Source: an uncultured Planctomycetota bacterium
Lineage (GTDB): Bacteria > Planctomycetota > Planctomycetia > Pirellulales > Lacipirellulaceae
NCBI GenBank assembly: GCA_963719315.1
Contig: CAVRBU010000001.1
Coordinates: forward strand, 288,001 to 352,000
Direction of reading: 5' to 3'
DNA length: 64,000 nt
Made by a program: the position numbers and the translations under genes. Each line of letters opens with the position of its first letter. The first letter of the stretch is position 1. Shown in pieces: positions 34,985-43,193 of the stretch. The notes below the pieces were generated by a model. The model did no database searches and was not told where the DNA came from. It was given only the letters and a program-made list of their open reading frames with translations.

Positions 34985-35131
34985 GGCGGCGGGCGAGTAA
35001 TTGCATTGCGAAAGCAGCGGGTCTTGGAGAGTCTCGCCCACATGGCCGCGTCTCTCCGAGACGCGAATCGATCCGCGAGCGATTTTACTGCTCTAGCTAA
35101 CGACCGTCAATCGAACAAGTCTCATTTCGAC

Positions 35132-35172
35132 TTGACGCGCCAGCGACCGCGACGTACAGTATCTTTGTACAA
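35132..35172 (+). promoter_or_regulatory. yefM-yoeB promoter and operator
   Basis: TTGACG-N17-TACAGT; two GTAC-core palindromes (35154, 35167) resembling the TGTACA operator cores known for yefM-yoeB. Confidence 0.65.
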
Positions 35173-35200
35173 GTCTACAGATCTTGAGCTACCGACTTTC

Positions 35201-35485
35201 ATGATTAACACCACCTACAGTCAGGCCCGCGAGAATTTTGCTTCTTTGCTGGATCAGGTGACGCGCGACCGCGAGATTGCGATTATCAAGCGGCGCGGCA
35301 ACGAGGACGTGGCCCTAGTATCGGCCGACGAACTTTCGGGACTGCTCGAAACCGCACACTTGTTACGCTCGCCCGCGAACGCGAAGAGGCTACTTGCTGC
35401 CGTGCGGCGTAGTCAAACCAAAAAGATGCCATCCACACCGCTCGACGCTTTGCGCGAGGAGTTGGGCCTCGATGGCAAAAAGTAG
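35201..35485 (+). CDS. yefM: Phd/YefM family antitoxin
   Basis: TTYSQARENFASLLDQV...ETAHLLRSPANAKRL. Confidence 0.92.
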   Translation: MINTTYSQARENFASLLDQVTRDREIAIIKRRGNEDVALVSADELSGLLETAHLLRSPANAKRLLAAVRRSQTKKMPSTPLDALREELGLDGKK

Positions 35486-35756
35486 AGCTCGGCGACAGCG
35501 GGAAGCCGTTTTCCATCCGGAATTCATCGAGGACCTGCGGCACTGGGTTAAGAATGATCGCCGCGTTGCGCTGCGCGCGCTGGAAATTGTGGAGGTAATC
35601 CTAGTCAATCCACTTACCGGAATTGGAAAGCCGAAACCTCTAAAGTATTTGGCGCCGAACACGTGGTCGCGCCGTTTGACGCAAGAGCATCGGATCGTGT
35701 ACGTCGTGAAAGAGCAGCGAGTTGAGTTTCTACAGGGGCGATATCATTACGGATGA
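35472..35756 (+). CDS. yoeB: Txe/YoeB family toxin
   Basis: GIGKPKPLKY...WSRRLTQEHRIVY...RYHY; overlaps the antitoxin stop. Confidence 0.92.
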   Translation: MAKSRARRQREAVFHPEFIEDLRHWVKNDRRVALRALEIVEVILVNPLTGIGKPKPLKYLAPNTWSRRLTQEHRIVYVVKEQRVEFLQGRYHYG

Positions 35757-35762
35757 GTGGCC

Positions 35763-36035
35763 TCACTGCAAGCTTGCCAGAAATCGGTCGTATTCTGCGT
35801 GAGTGCCGATAAAAAACCAGACGATCGCGTCGTCACTGCGAACGCCAACGGCTCGATAGGAATCCGTCACACGCACGGACCACAAAGGCATGGTTGCATG
35901 TAGACGCTTAAACTGTAGTCCCGGGTGCAACGGATCATTGCGAAAACGTTGATAAGCGGCCCGCGCTCGTTTTTGAACATCGCGCGGCAGCTCGGCAAAG
36001 GCGCGCCGAAAAGATGGGTGAAGTCGCGAAATCAC
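35763..36035 (-). CDS. RelE/ParE-like toxin
   Basis: FRRAFAELP...HPGLQFK...WSVRV...YRAVG...WFFIGTHAEYD. Confidence 0.82.
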   Translation of the reverse strand: MISRLHPSFRRAFAELPRDVQKRARAAYQRFRNDPLHPGLQFKRLHATMPLWSVRVTDSYRAVGVRSDDAIVWFFIGTHAEYDRFLASLQ

Positions 36036-36250
36036 AATTGATCCGGATCGAGCGGTTCACACTGGCCAAGCCGGTCTGCTTCTAATACGTCTACCACTAG
36101 TCCTTGCAGTTTCCCTTCATTTGTTACTGTGGAGCGCATCCAGCGCTCGTCCTCTTCAATTTCATGCAGAACCATCGCCGCCAGGGCATCTTGGCGCTCG
36201 TCAGGCATTTGCTGCAGCCGCTCGATGACTTTTTCCAGCGCTTTTGTCAT
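36032..36250 (-). CDS. Putative antitoxin partner
   Basis: 72-aa acidic ORF overlapping the toxin start by 4 nt. Confidence 0.7.
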   Translation of the reverse strand: MTKALEKVIERLQQMPDERQDALAAMVLHEIEEDERWMRSTVTNEGKLQGLVVDVLEADRLGQCEPLDPDQL

Positions 36251-36287
36251 AACTCAATTGTAGCACAATCACATGATTAGGCGTTAA

Positions 36288-37310
36288 TCACTCCAACTCT
36301 AGCCGGCAGCCCTTGGCGTAGCTCTCTTGCGCCTTGTTGACGATCGCCAGCGCCCGGTAGGCGTCTTCAAGACTGGACGTTTTCAGCACTAGGCTGCCGA
36401 CGTGGCGGTGGAAGTGCATGAAGAGTTGCTCACCGACGGGGCGGTCGTGTTCGAGCATTTCAGCGTGCTGGCCAGCTTCATCGAACCAAGTGAGGGTATG
36501 CGGTAGATCGAGGAAGGCGATCCCGCGTTGACAAACGACCTGCAAGTCGGCCGGCCGACGAAAAGCAGCGGCTTCACGCCATTGGGGCGCGACGTAGCTG
36601 CCGCAGGCGATTTGGGCCACGGGGCCGGTGCCGACTTCGCCCGTCGGTGAGAAGTCGAGCGTCATGACGAGGTAATCGTTGGGGCCGATTTCGTGCCGCT
36701 CCGCCGCACCGCGGGGGGCTGAGCGATGGCTTGCGCCTACGACGCTCGAGGCTTCGGTACCGACGACGTCACGGCACCAATCGACCATTTCGGTGAGTTG
36801 GCGCATGTCGGGTGAATTGTATGAGCCGCCGTTTTCGGGCTGCGACGTAAAACGGCGGTTACAGAACAGCAGTCGCGGCAGACCGAGGCGCGTCGCCATC
36901 AACTCCTTGAGCCGCAACGTCGCAGGCGCCAGGCGGCAGGGAAACTCGGCCATGAATGCCACGCCGGCATTTTGCACGCGGCGGCGAACTTCATCGGCCT
37001 CGTGTGTATCTAGATCGAGGGCAGCGGAGCAGTAGATTGCTTTACCGGCATCGCACGCGGCAAAGATCGGCAATGCACCGTACCAGCGTGCTGACAGCAG
37101 CAGGATGGCATCGATGTCACTACTTACGGCGAGCGCGCGGAATCCGTCACAAGCGCGGGCCGGCCAGCGCTGGGCAATTTCAGCCGCCCGATGGGCGACT
37201 GGGTCGCAGAAGGCACGAACCTCGAACCGATCGGCCAGCGCGCGGAGAGCTGGTGCGTGACGAGTTTCCCACGCCTGGCCAAGGCCAACGACGCCAACGC
37301 GAAGTTTCAT
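36288..37310 (-). CDS. Gfo/Idh/MocA family oxidoreductase
   Basis: MKLRVGVVGLG Rossmann start; ACDAGKAIYC. Confidence 0.8.
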   Translation of the reverse strand: MKLRVGVVGLGQAWETRHAPALRALADRFEVRAFCDPVAHRAAEIAQRWPARACDGFRALAVSSDIDAILLLSARWYGALPIFAACDAGKAIYCSAALDLDTHEADEVRRRVQNAGVAFMAEFPCRLAPATLRLKELMATRLGLPRLLFCNRRFTSQPENGGSYNSPDMRQLTEMVDWCRDVVGTEASSVVGASHRSAPRGAAERHEIGPNDYLVMTLDFSPTGEVGTGPVAQIACGSYVAPQWREAAAFRRPADLQVVCQRGIAFLDLPHTLTWFDEAGQHAEMLEHDRPVGEQLFMHFHRHVGSLVLKTSSLEDAYRALAIVNKAQESYAKGCRLELE

Positions 37311-37452
37311 AAGGAGGATGCGGGATGCAGGATGCGGGGGGCAGGGATGACGGACATCAGCCTCGTCGAGCAGCATCAACTGTCGTATTTTGGCGGTGAA
37401 ACGGCAAGATGAATTCTACGCAACCTGCGGGTTAAGTGACGGAACTCCCTGC

Positions 37453-38124
37453 TCACTGCTCCTCGTTCCCGGCACCCAATTCGGCCAGCATTTCGGCCAG
37501 AAGTTCCAACGGCAGGCCGACGACGTTCGATTCACTCCCCTCGACAATGTGCACCCAGCCAAGCCGGTCCTGATAGCCGAAGGCGCCGGCTTTGCCTTCC
37601 CACTGGCCGCTGGCCAGGTATTCGTCGAGTTGCTCGTCGGTGAGTTGGTCCATGCGAAGTTTGGTAATGGCGACGCGGATGTGAGACTGACCCTCACCCC
37701 GGCCCTCTCCCGAAGGGAGAGGGAGACCAAGTGGCCAGAGGCAGACCCCGGTCAACACGCGGTGCTCGCGGCCGCTGAGTTGCGTAAGCATTGCCCGGGC
37801 CATCGCCTCATCGTGCGGCTTTCCGAGAATGAAGCCGTCGCACTCGGCGACCGTATCGGCGGCTAGGACTATGGGGGCTGCGGACTGGGGATTGGAAGCT
37901 AGCGATCGAAATTGCTGAACAATCGCCGCAGCTTTGCGAAACGCCAGTTCGGCCACGAGACCGGCCGGGCCAGATTCGCTGCAGACGCCGCATTCGATGT
38001 CCGCTGCGGGTGGCATTACGGTAAAACTGTACCCAGCTTCGCGCAGCAATTCCCGTCGCCGCGGCGAGCCGCTTGCGAGAATAAGGGGCTGAGAATTCGG
38101 GGCTGGAGGGCGGGGGCTATTCAC
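37453..38124 (-). CDS. maf: Maf family nucleoside triphosphate pyrophosphatase
   Basis: LILASGSPRRRELL, LAADTV, ILGKP, LSGREHRVLTGV, GKAGAFG and SNVVGLP. Confidence 0.93.
   Translation of the reverse strand: MNSPRPPAPNSQPLILASGSPRRRELLREAGYSFTVMPPAADIECGVCSESGPAGLVAELAFRKAAAIVQQFRSLASNPQSAAPIVLAADTVAECDGFILGKPHDEAMARAMLTQLSGREHRVLTGVCLWPLGLPLPSGEGRGEGQSHIRVAITKLRMDQLTDEQLDEYLASGQWEGKAGAFGYQDRLGWVHIVEGSESNVVGLPLELLAEMLAELGAGNEEQ
37691..37724. repeat. Palindromic REP-like element in frame inside maf
   Basis: CCCTCACCCCGGCCCTCTCCCGAAGGGAGAGGGA; a degenerate intergenic copy lies at 17835-17866. Confidence 0.8.
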
Positions 38125-38220
38125 GGTCCATGAAATACACTATCGCTGCGCATTAATACTGCGCACCATTGTAACTTGTTGAAATCCCGTCCCCAGCCCC
38201 TAATTCCCTGTGCTTCCGCC

Positions 38221-38949
38221 GTGCTCGAAGTACTTTACGAAGACAACCATCTGCTCGCGGTGAACAAGCCGGCATTGCTGCCCACGATGGGAGTAGCGGA
38301 CGACCGGCCGTCGCTCTTGGCGATGGCCAAGGAGTACGTTCGGCACAAGTATAACAAGCCGGGCAACGTATATCTGGGAATTGTCAGCCGGCTTGATGCG
38401 CCAGTGACCGGCGTCGTTCTGTTGGCGCGAACTTCTAAGGCCGCTGGGCGGTTGTCGGCCCAGTTTCGCGAGCGAGATGTCGAGAAAACTTACTGGGCGA
38501 TAGTCGAAGGCCATATCGAGCCGGCGACCGGTACGCTCTCTGACTTCGTACGCAAGGATGAACGACATCGGCGGATGCACATCGCTGGGGCGAATACGCC
38601 GGGGCGCAGGCGCAGAGTTGAGCTACCGCGTGCTTGCGACAGACAAGGAGAGGGGGAGACAAGGAGATTGGTCGTCCAACGTATTCTCCTTGTCTTCTTG
38701 TCTCGGCCCCGTCTCGCTGCTGGAAGTCCGCCTGCTCACGGGCCGCAAGCACCAGATTCGCGTGCAACTATCCCACGCAGGTTTCCCAATCGTCGGAGAC
38801 CGCAAATACGGCAGCCAGCGGCCATTCTCGCCGGGAATTGCGTTGCATTCGCGACGTCTAGTCGTAGAGCATCCGGTGAGTAAGATTCAATTAGAGATCG
38901 AAGCGCCCCGCCGCGCTCGTGGCGGCGGCTGCTTGAAGGCAGTGCGTGA
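38221..38949 (+). CDS. RluA family pseudouridine synthase (apparent frameshifts ~38610 and ~38905)
   Basis: VLYEDNHLLAVNKP, SRLDAPVTG, TGRKHQIRVQL, PIVGDRKYG and ALHS. Confidence 0.85.
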
Positions 38950-39077
38950 ATTGCCAGCGTATCAAAAACAATGTTTCCATCCCGGCGCTGCTTGGCGCAA
39001 GACCGCAATCGAGGGTAGTATTTGAAGCGTGCTGTTTACAGTCCTTTAGGGACAGCAAACGGTAGGCGATTGAACGA

Positions 39078-40502
39078 ATGGCGTCCACCACGTCTCAATC
39101 TGTGTTTCGTAGCGCCGCTCTGGCGAGTGGGTTGCTCTCTCAACAGCAACTGGATGATGCTCTTGCCGGACTTGCCAAAGAGGCCGCCGACGCCGGGCAA
39201 GCGACTGCGGCTGATGCACTCAGCGATGAACTACTGGGTCAACGGCTCGTCGATCTTGGTTACCTGAATCGCTGGCAGGTCGAGCAACTGAAAGAGGGCC
39301 GCACGAAGTTCACGCTCGGGCCGTATCGGATCGTGAACGCGATCGGCCAAGGCGGCATGGGGCACGTGTTCAAGGCGGAGCACAAACTGTTGGGCCGCAT
39401 CGAGGCGATCAAAGTTCTACCTAAAAGTAAGAGCACGCCGGAGGCGGTCGCGGCATTTCAACGCGAGATTCGCGCGCAGGCCCAGCTCGATCACCCGAAC
39501 CTGGTGCGCGTGTCGTATGCCGACTTCGAGGGCGATACGTATTTCTTTGTCACCGAGTACGTGCCGGGCACCGATCTGCGGAAGTTGGTTCGTCGCAACG
39601 GTCCACTGCCCTACGCCACGGCGGCGACCATCATCGCACAGGCGGCCGAAGGGTTGCACTATGCCCATCGCCGCGGACTGGTGCATCGCGATGTGAAACC
39701 CGGCAATCTACTCGTTACACCGGAGGGCCGCACGAAGATCACGGACCTGGGCCTGGCGTGGTTCCTGATGGAAGAGCTGGAAGGCGGCAGGCCTGGGGGC
39801 GCGAAGCCAAATTCGCTCGTTGGCACGGCCGACTACCTCGCGCCCGAGACGATTCGCCAGCCGGACAAGATCTTGCCCGTGAGCGACGTGTACGCATTGG
39901 GCTGTACGCTGTACTACGCCGTGACGGGTAAGGTGCCCTTCCCCGGCGGCAATACGCCCGACAAGATTCGCCGGCACCTCGATGAAACGCCGCTCAACCC
40001 GCTGCATTTCAATCCCGATTTGCCGGAGGCGTTCTGCGACGCGATCGCCGCCATGATGGACAAGAACCCGGATACGCGGACGCCCACGGCGGCTGCGGTC
40101 GTCGAGTTGCTCCGTCCCTGGTGCGATGCGAATGCGATCAAGCAATTGGTCGAGTCGTCACCCGGAGGCTCGGGGATTTTATTCCGCGGCGGCGCTCCTG
40201 CACAGGCGGCTTCGCCGAGCCTCGATGAAACCGCCTCGTTCGTGCTGGACGACTTGGAGTTTCCACCGGGGCAAGTCGAAAGTCCCAGCCAGATTTCACA
40301 GGGCACGGTGTCCGTGGCCTCCGAGCTCGAAGATACGGTAGCCGGTGTGCAGGCCGCGCAGCGCGCGCAGGCAGCGCGACCAACGTCGCTCCCAGTTGTT
40401 GAGAAACCGAGCAGGCGGCGCTGGCCGAAGTTCGTGTTCGCCGCGCTGGTGTTGGCGGCAGCAGCGGCAGCGATCGCCGCTTGGTGGCTGGGCTATTTCT
40501 AG
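39078..40502 (+). CDS. Hanks-type Ser/Thr protein kinase with C-terminal membrane anchor
   Basis: IGQGGMG, AIKVL, HRDVKPGN, DLGLA, GTADYLAPE and SDVYALG. Confidence 0.95.
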   Translation: MASTTSQSVFRSAALASGLLSQQQLDDALAGLAKEAADAGQATAADALSDELLGQRLVDLGYLNRWQVEQLKEGRTKFTLGPYRIVNAIGQGGMGHVFKAEHKLLGRIEAIKVLPKSKSTPEAVAAFQREIRAQAQLDHPNLVRVSYADFEGDTYFFVTEYVPGTDLRKLVRRNGPLPYATAATIIAQAAEGLHYAHRRGLVHRDVKPGNLLVTPEGRTKITDLGLAWFLMEELEGGRPGGAKPNSLVGTADYLAPETIRQPDKILPVSDVYALGCTLYYAVTGKVPFPGGNTPDKIRRHLDETPLNPLHFNPDLPEAFCDAIAAMMDKNPDTRTPTAAAVVELLRPWCDANAIKQLVESSPGGSGILFRGGAPAQAASPSLDETASFVLDDLEFPPGQVESPSQISQGTVSVASELEDTVAGVQAAQRAQAARPTSLPVVEKPSRRRWPKFVFAALVLAAAAAAIAAWWLGYF

Positions 40503-40527
40503 GGCAAGATCGGTTTACCTGTGACGT

Positions 40528-40620
40528 CGGGTGGCATGCTTTCCCGCCGCGGCGGGTAAGCATGTGCTGGAAAATCGCCGACTTGCTTACACCGTTGGCG
40601 CGGCGAGAGCATGCCACTCG
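40528..40620. repeat. REP-like inverted doublet
   Basis: CGGGTGGCATGCTTTCCCGCCGCG ... CGCGGCGAGAGCATGCCACTCG. Confidence 0.65.
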
Positions 40621-40713
40621 CTACATTCGATTCAAATCTGATCTTAAGGCACGGCGCTGGGGTGTCCCTTGCTTGCTTGCGCGGCGGGCTCCGATCGGGG
40701 CGTTTTGTACTTA

Positions 40714-41680
40714 GAACCCCTAACAAAACCCTTCGGTGAGTATGTTGAAGCAGATGAGAGATTGAGCCAGAGTCACAAAGGCTTTATGGATATCGGCCCT
40801 CCGATCAAATCGCGTTCGCAGCCGCCGGAAATTATTCATCCAACTGAGCGTACGTTCGGAAACCCAACGATAAATTCCTAGGCCGCTGCCATGTTCCGTA
40901 TTGCGTTTAGCCAAGTGGGGTTTGATGCCGCGATCGCGGAGTGCTTGTCGGTGCTTTTCGGAGTCGTACACCCGATCCGCATACACCTCTTCCGGACGCT
41001 GTTTCGGCCGGCCCGGTTTGCCCGCCACCGGCTCGATTCCGTCAATCAACGGGATCAGTTGGGTCACGTCGTGTCGATTGGCGGCGGTGAGAATGAATTT
41101 GAGCGGGACGCCGTTCGCATCGGTGACCACATGATGTTTACTGCCGGGTTTTCGCCGATCCGTTGGGTTCGGTCCCGTTTTTTCGCCGCCCCCTACAGCA
41201 CGAACCGTCGCACTATCGACTGCCGCTCGCGACCAATCGAGTTGATCGGCGCTGTGCAGATTCTCCAACAATGTTTGTTTCAACGCCTCCCAGACGCCTG
41301 CTTCGTGCCACTCCTGTAACCGTCGCCAGCAGGTCATTCCAGATCCACATCCCATTTCCAGGGGAAGATATTCCCAAGGAATACCCGTTCGTAAAACAAA
41401 AATGATTCCGGTCAAGACTTTGCGATCATCGATCCGCGGTCGGCCTCCTTTGGGGCTCGGTTCGTGTTCAGGGAGTAAAGGAGACAACATCTCCCACAAT
41501 TCGTCAGGAACTAATTCTTTAGCCATCGTTGGTCCTCCAGATAGTTGGTTTCACTCCAAAGGAATTCTGGGGACAATCAACGCCGTGTCACGACTGCAAT
41601 TTCAAAAACAAGTTTTACATCTTCCACAACGACTCGAATCAATTACTAGCACTGCTAGTAGACAGTATTGTTAGGGGTTC
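40714..41680 (-). mobile_element. IS5-family element, copy 2 (967 bp)
   Basis: Same IRs as copy 1; TTA duplicated at 40711-40713 and 41681-41683; two substitutions seen relative to copy 1. Confidence 0.93.
40720..41526 (-). CDS. IS5 family transposase
   Basis: Identical to 29796-30602 except R to H (LRS/LHS) and A to V (DRAY/DRVY). Confidence 0.93.
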   Translation of the reverse strand: MAKELVPDELWEMLSPLLPEHEPSPKGGRPRIDDRKVLTGIIFVLRTGIPWEYLPLEMGCGSGMTCWRRLQEWHEAGVWEALKQTLLENLHSADQLDWSRAAVDSATVRAVGGGEKTGPNPTDRRKPGSKHHVVTDANGVPLKFILTAANRHDVTQLIPLIDGIEPVAGKPGRPKQRPEEVYADRVYDSEKHRQALRDRGIKPHLAKRNTEHGSGLGIYRWVSERTLSWMNNFRRLRTRFDRRADIHKAFVTLAQSLICFNILTEGFC

Positions 41681-43193
41681 TTAAGTCTTGTCGGTCTTTA
41701 CCGCGGATTTCTGTTGGGCTTCGCGGAGCTCGTTGTGAAGTTCGCTGATGGGCTTGAGATCCAGGAACTGCGTCATCAGCGTTTGCGTGGCCGCGAAGAG
41801 TTGGTCGATCTTGCGCTGCATCAGGGCATCATCGCTTCGCAACTGGCGGGCCGACGTGCTGAGCATGAGGCTGAACTGCGGTTTCCCGGGCAGGTCGTCA
41901 AGAGAACGGAGCAGTTCTTGTGCGCCGTTGAAATCCTTCTTTTCGATTTTCTGTCGGGTGCGAGCCATCAAGATGTTGCGTCGCGCCACCACGTCGATGA
42001 GGTCCTCGCGGAGGGAGGCCAGGCGTGATTCGGCCGCCAGTCGGGCATCGTCATCCGGCAACGGGATGCCGATCGTTTGCTCGGCGCCCGGCACGATGGG
42101 CAGTTTCGCCAACAATTGGCCGCCGTGCTTGATGAAGAGCATTTCAATCCGATGCTTGCCGGGAGGAATGCGGACTTTGCCGTCTACGTCGCTCAGGCCA
42201 ATACGAGTCGGCGTTTCTTCGCCGGCGTTTTGCGCAAGGACCTCATAGCCGACGAGAGGCTTCCTGTCGTTCTTGCGCATGGAGGCGGAGCGTCGTGGCG
42301 TCGGCGTCGGCGCGGATGCCGACTGCCAGTTGTTCGACGCGACCTAGTCGCCGCCCGCTGAAGGGCCGGCGGCTGCCACTTAAGACTTGGAACGCGAGCG
42401 ACTTGCCTTTGCCCTCGACGGCCTCCAGATAGGTCCACGGGATTACCTGGATGCCGTTCTCCACAACCTGTCCGCCGCGCGAAGTGCGCCGCAAGATCGG
42501 CAAAAACACGTCGCCCGCCTTGGCCCAAGGCGGCATATCGGCGCCACGAGGCAGATCGGCCCCGCGGGGCTTCAGGAGGACGTGCTGCGGATCATTTGCA
42601 TCGACCTCGAGTTGGGCCAGCGGCGAAAACGCCTGGCACATAAGCGCGAACAACTGTTCCGGCAACGCAGAAGTCTGACGGCAATCGCGATGGATCGGAA
42701 CGCTCCAACGCTCGACATAATTGTCGTATTCGCGTGCCGTGAGCGCGAAGCCCGTGGGACTCCACTGGACGCCGAGCAATATGAGTTTGTCTTTGTCCTG
42801 CGGAAACTCTGTTGGTTTGGCGTCGGTAGTAGACGCTAAATTGCCGATGACATTGGCTCGTTCGGCGCCGGTCGCAAGTTGCACGTCGAATATCCAACCT
42901 GGCGCAAGCGCAGAGTCCACGCGCTGCTGCAAGTAGCGCGGAAGTTCGACTTCCCACAATTCGGCAAGGCCGCCCGGGACATCAATTGCTAGAACGGCGT
43001 GAATGCGATAGGGCTGTAACTGCCAGCCGCCGTTTTGGGCGCGGCTTGTGGAGGTGGAGGAGCTCAGGAAGAGGATCGATGCGAAAAATAAAAATGCGTA
43101 GGATCGGATTGCGCTAAGCCGCAAACGTTGGGCGAACGCCGGCGCGCACAATCCTGATTTCATCGTGTTTATGGATTGGTGCGACACGATCAC
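41681..43193 (-). CDS. Exported hypothetical protein (ORFs 42243-43193 and 41681-42280 joined; apparent frameshift ~42280)
   Basis: Overlapping same-strand ORFs, N-terminal signal peptide, last gene of the operon. Confidence 0.65.

Noticed and set aside
40714..41680. Targeted hypermutation of IS5 copy 2 (both differences are transitions at CG)
   Set aside because: Two sites are too few in CG-rich DNA and could be base-calling errors.
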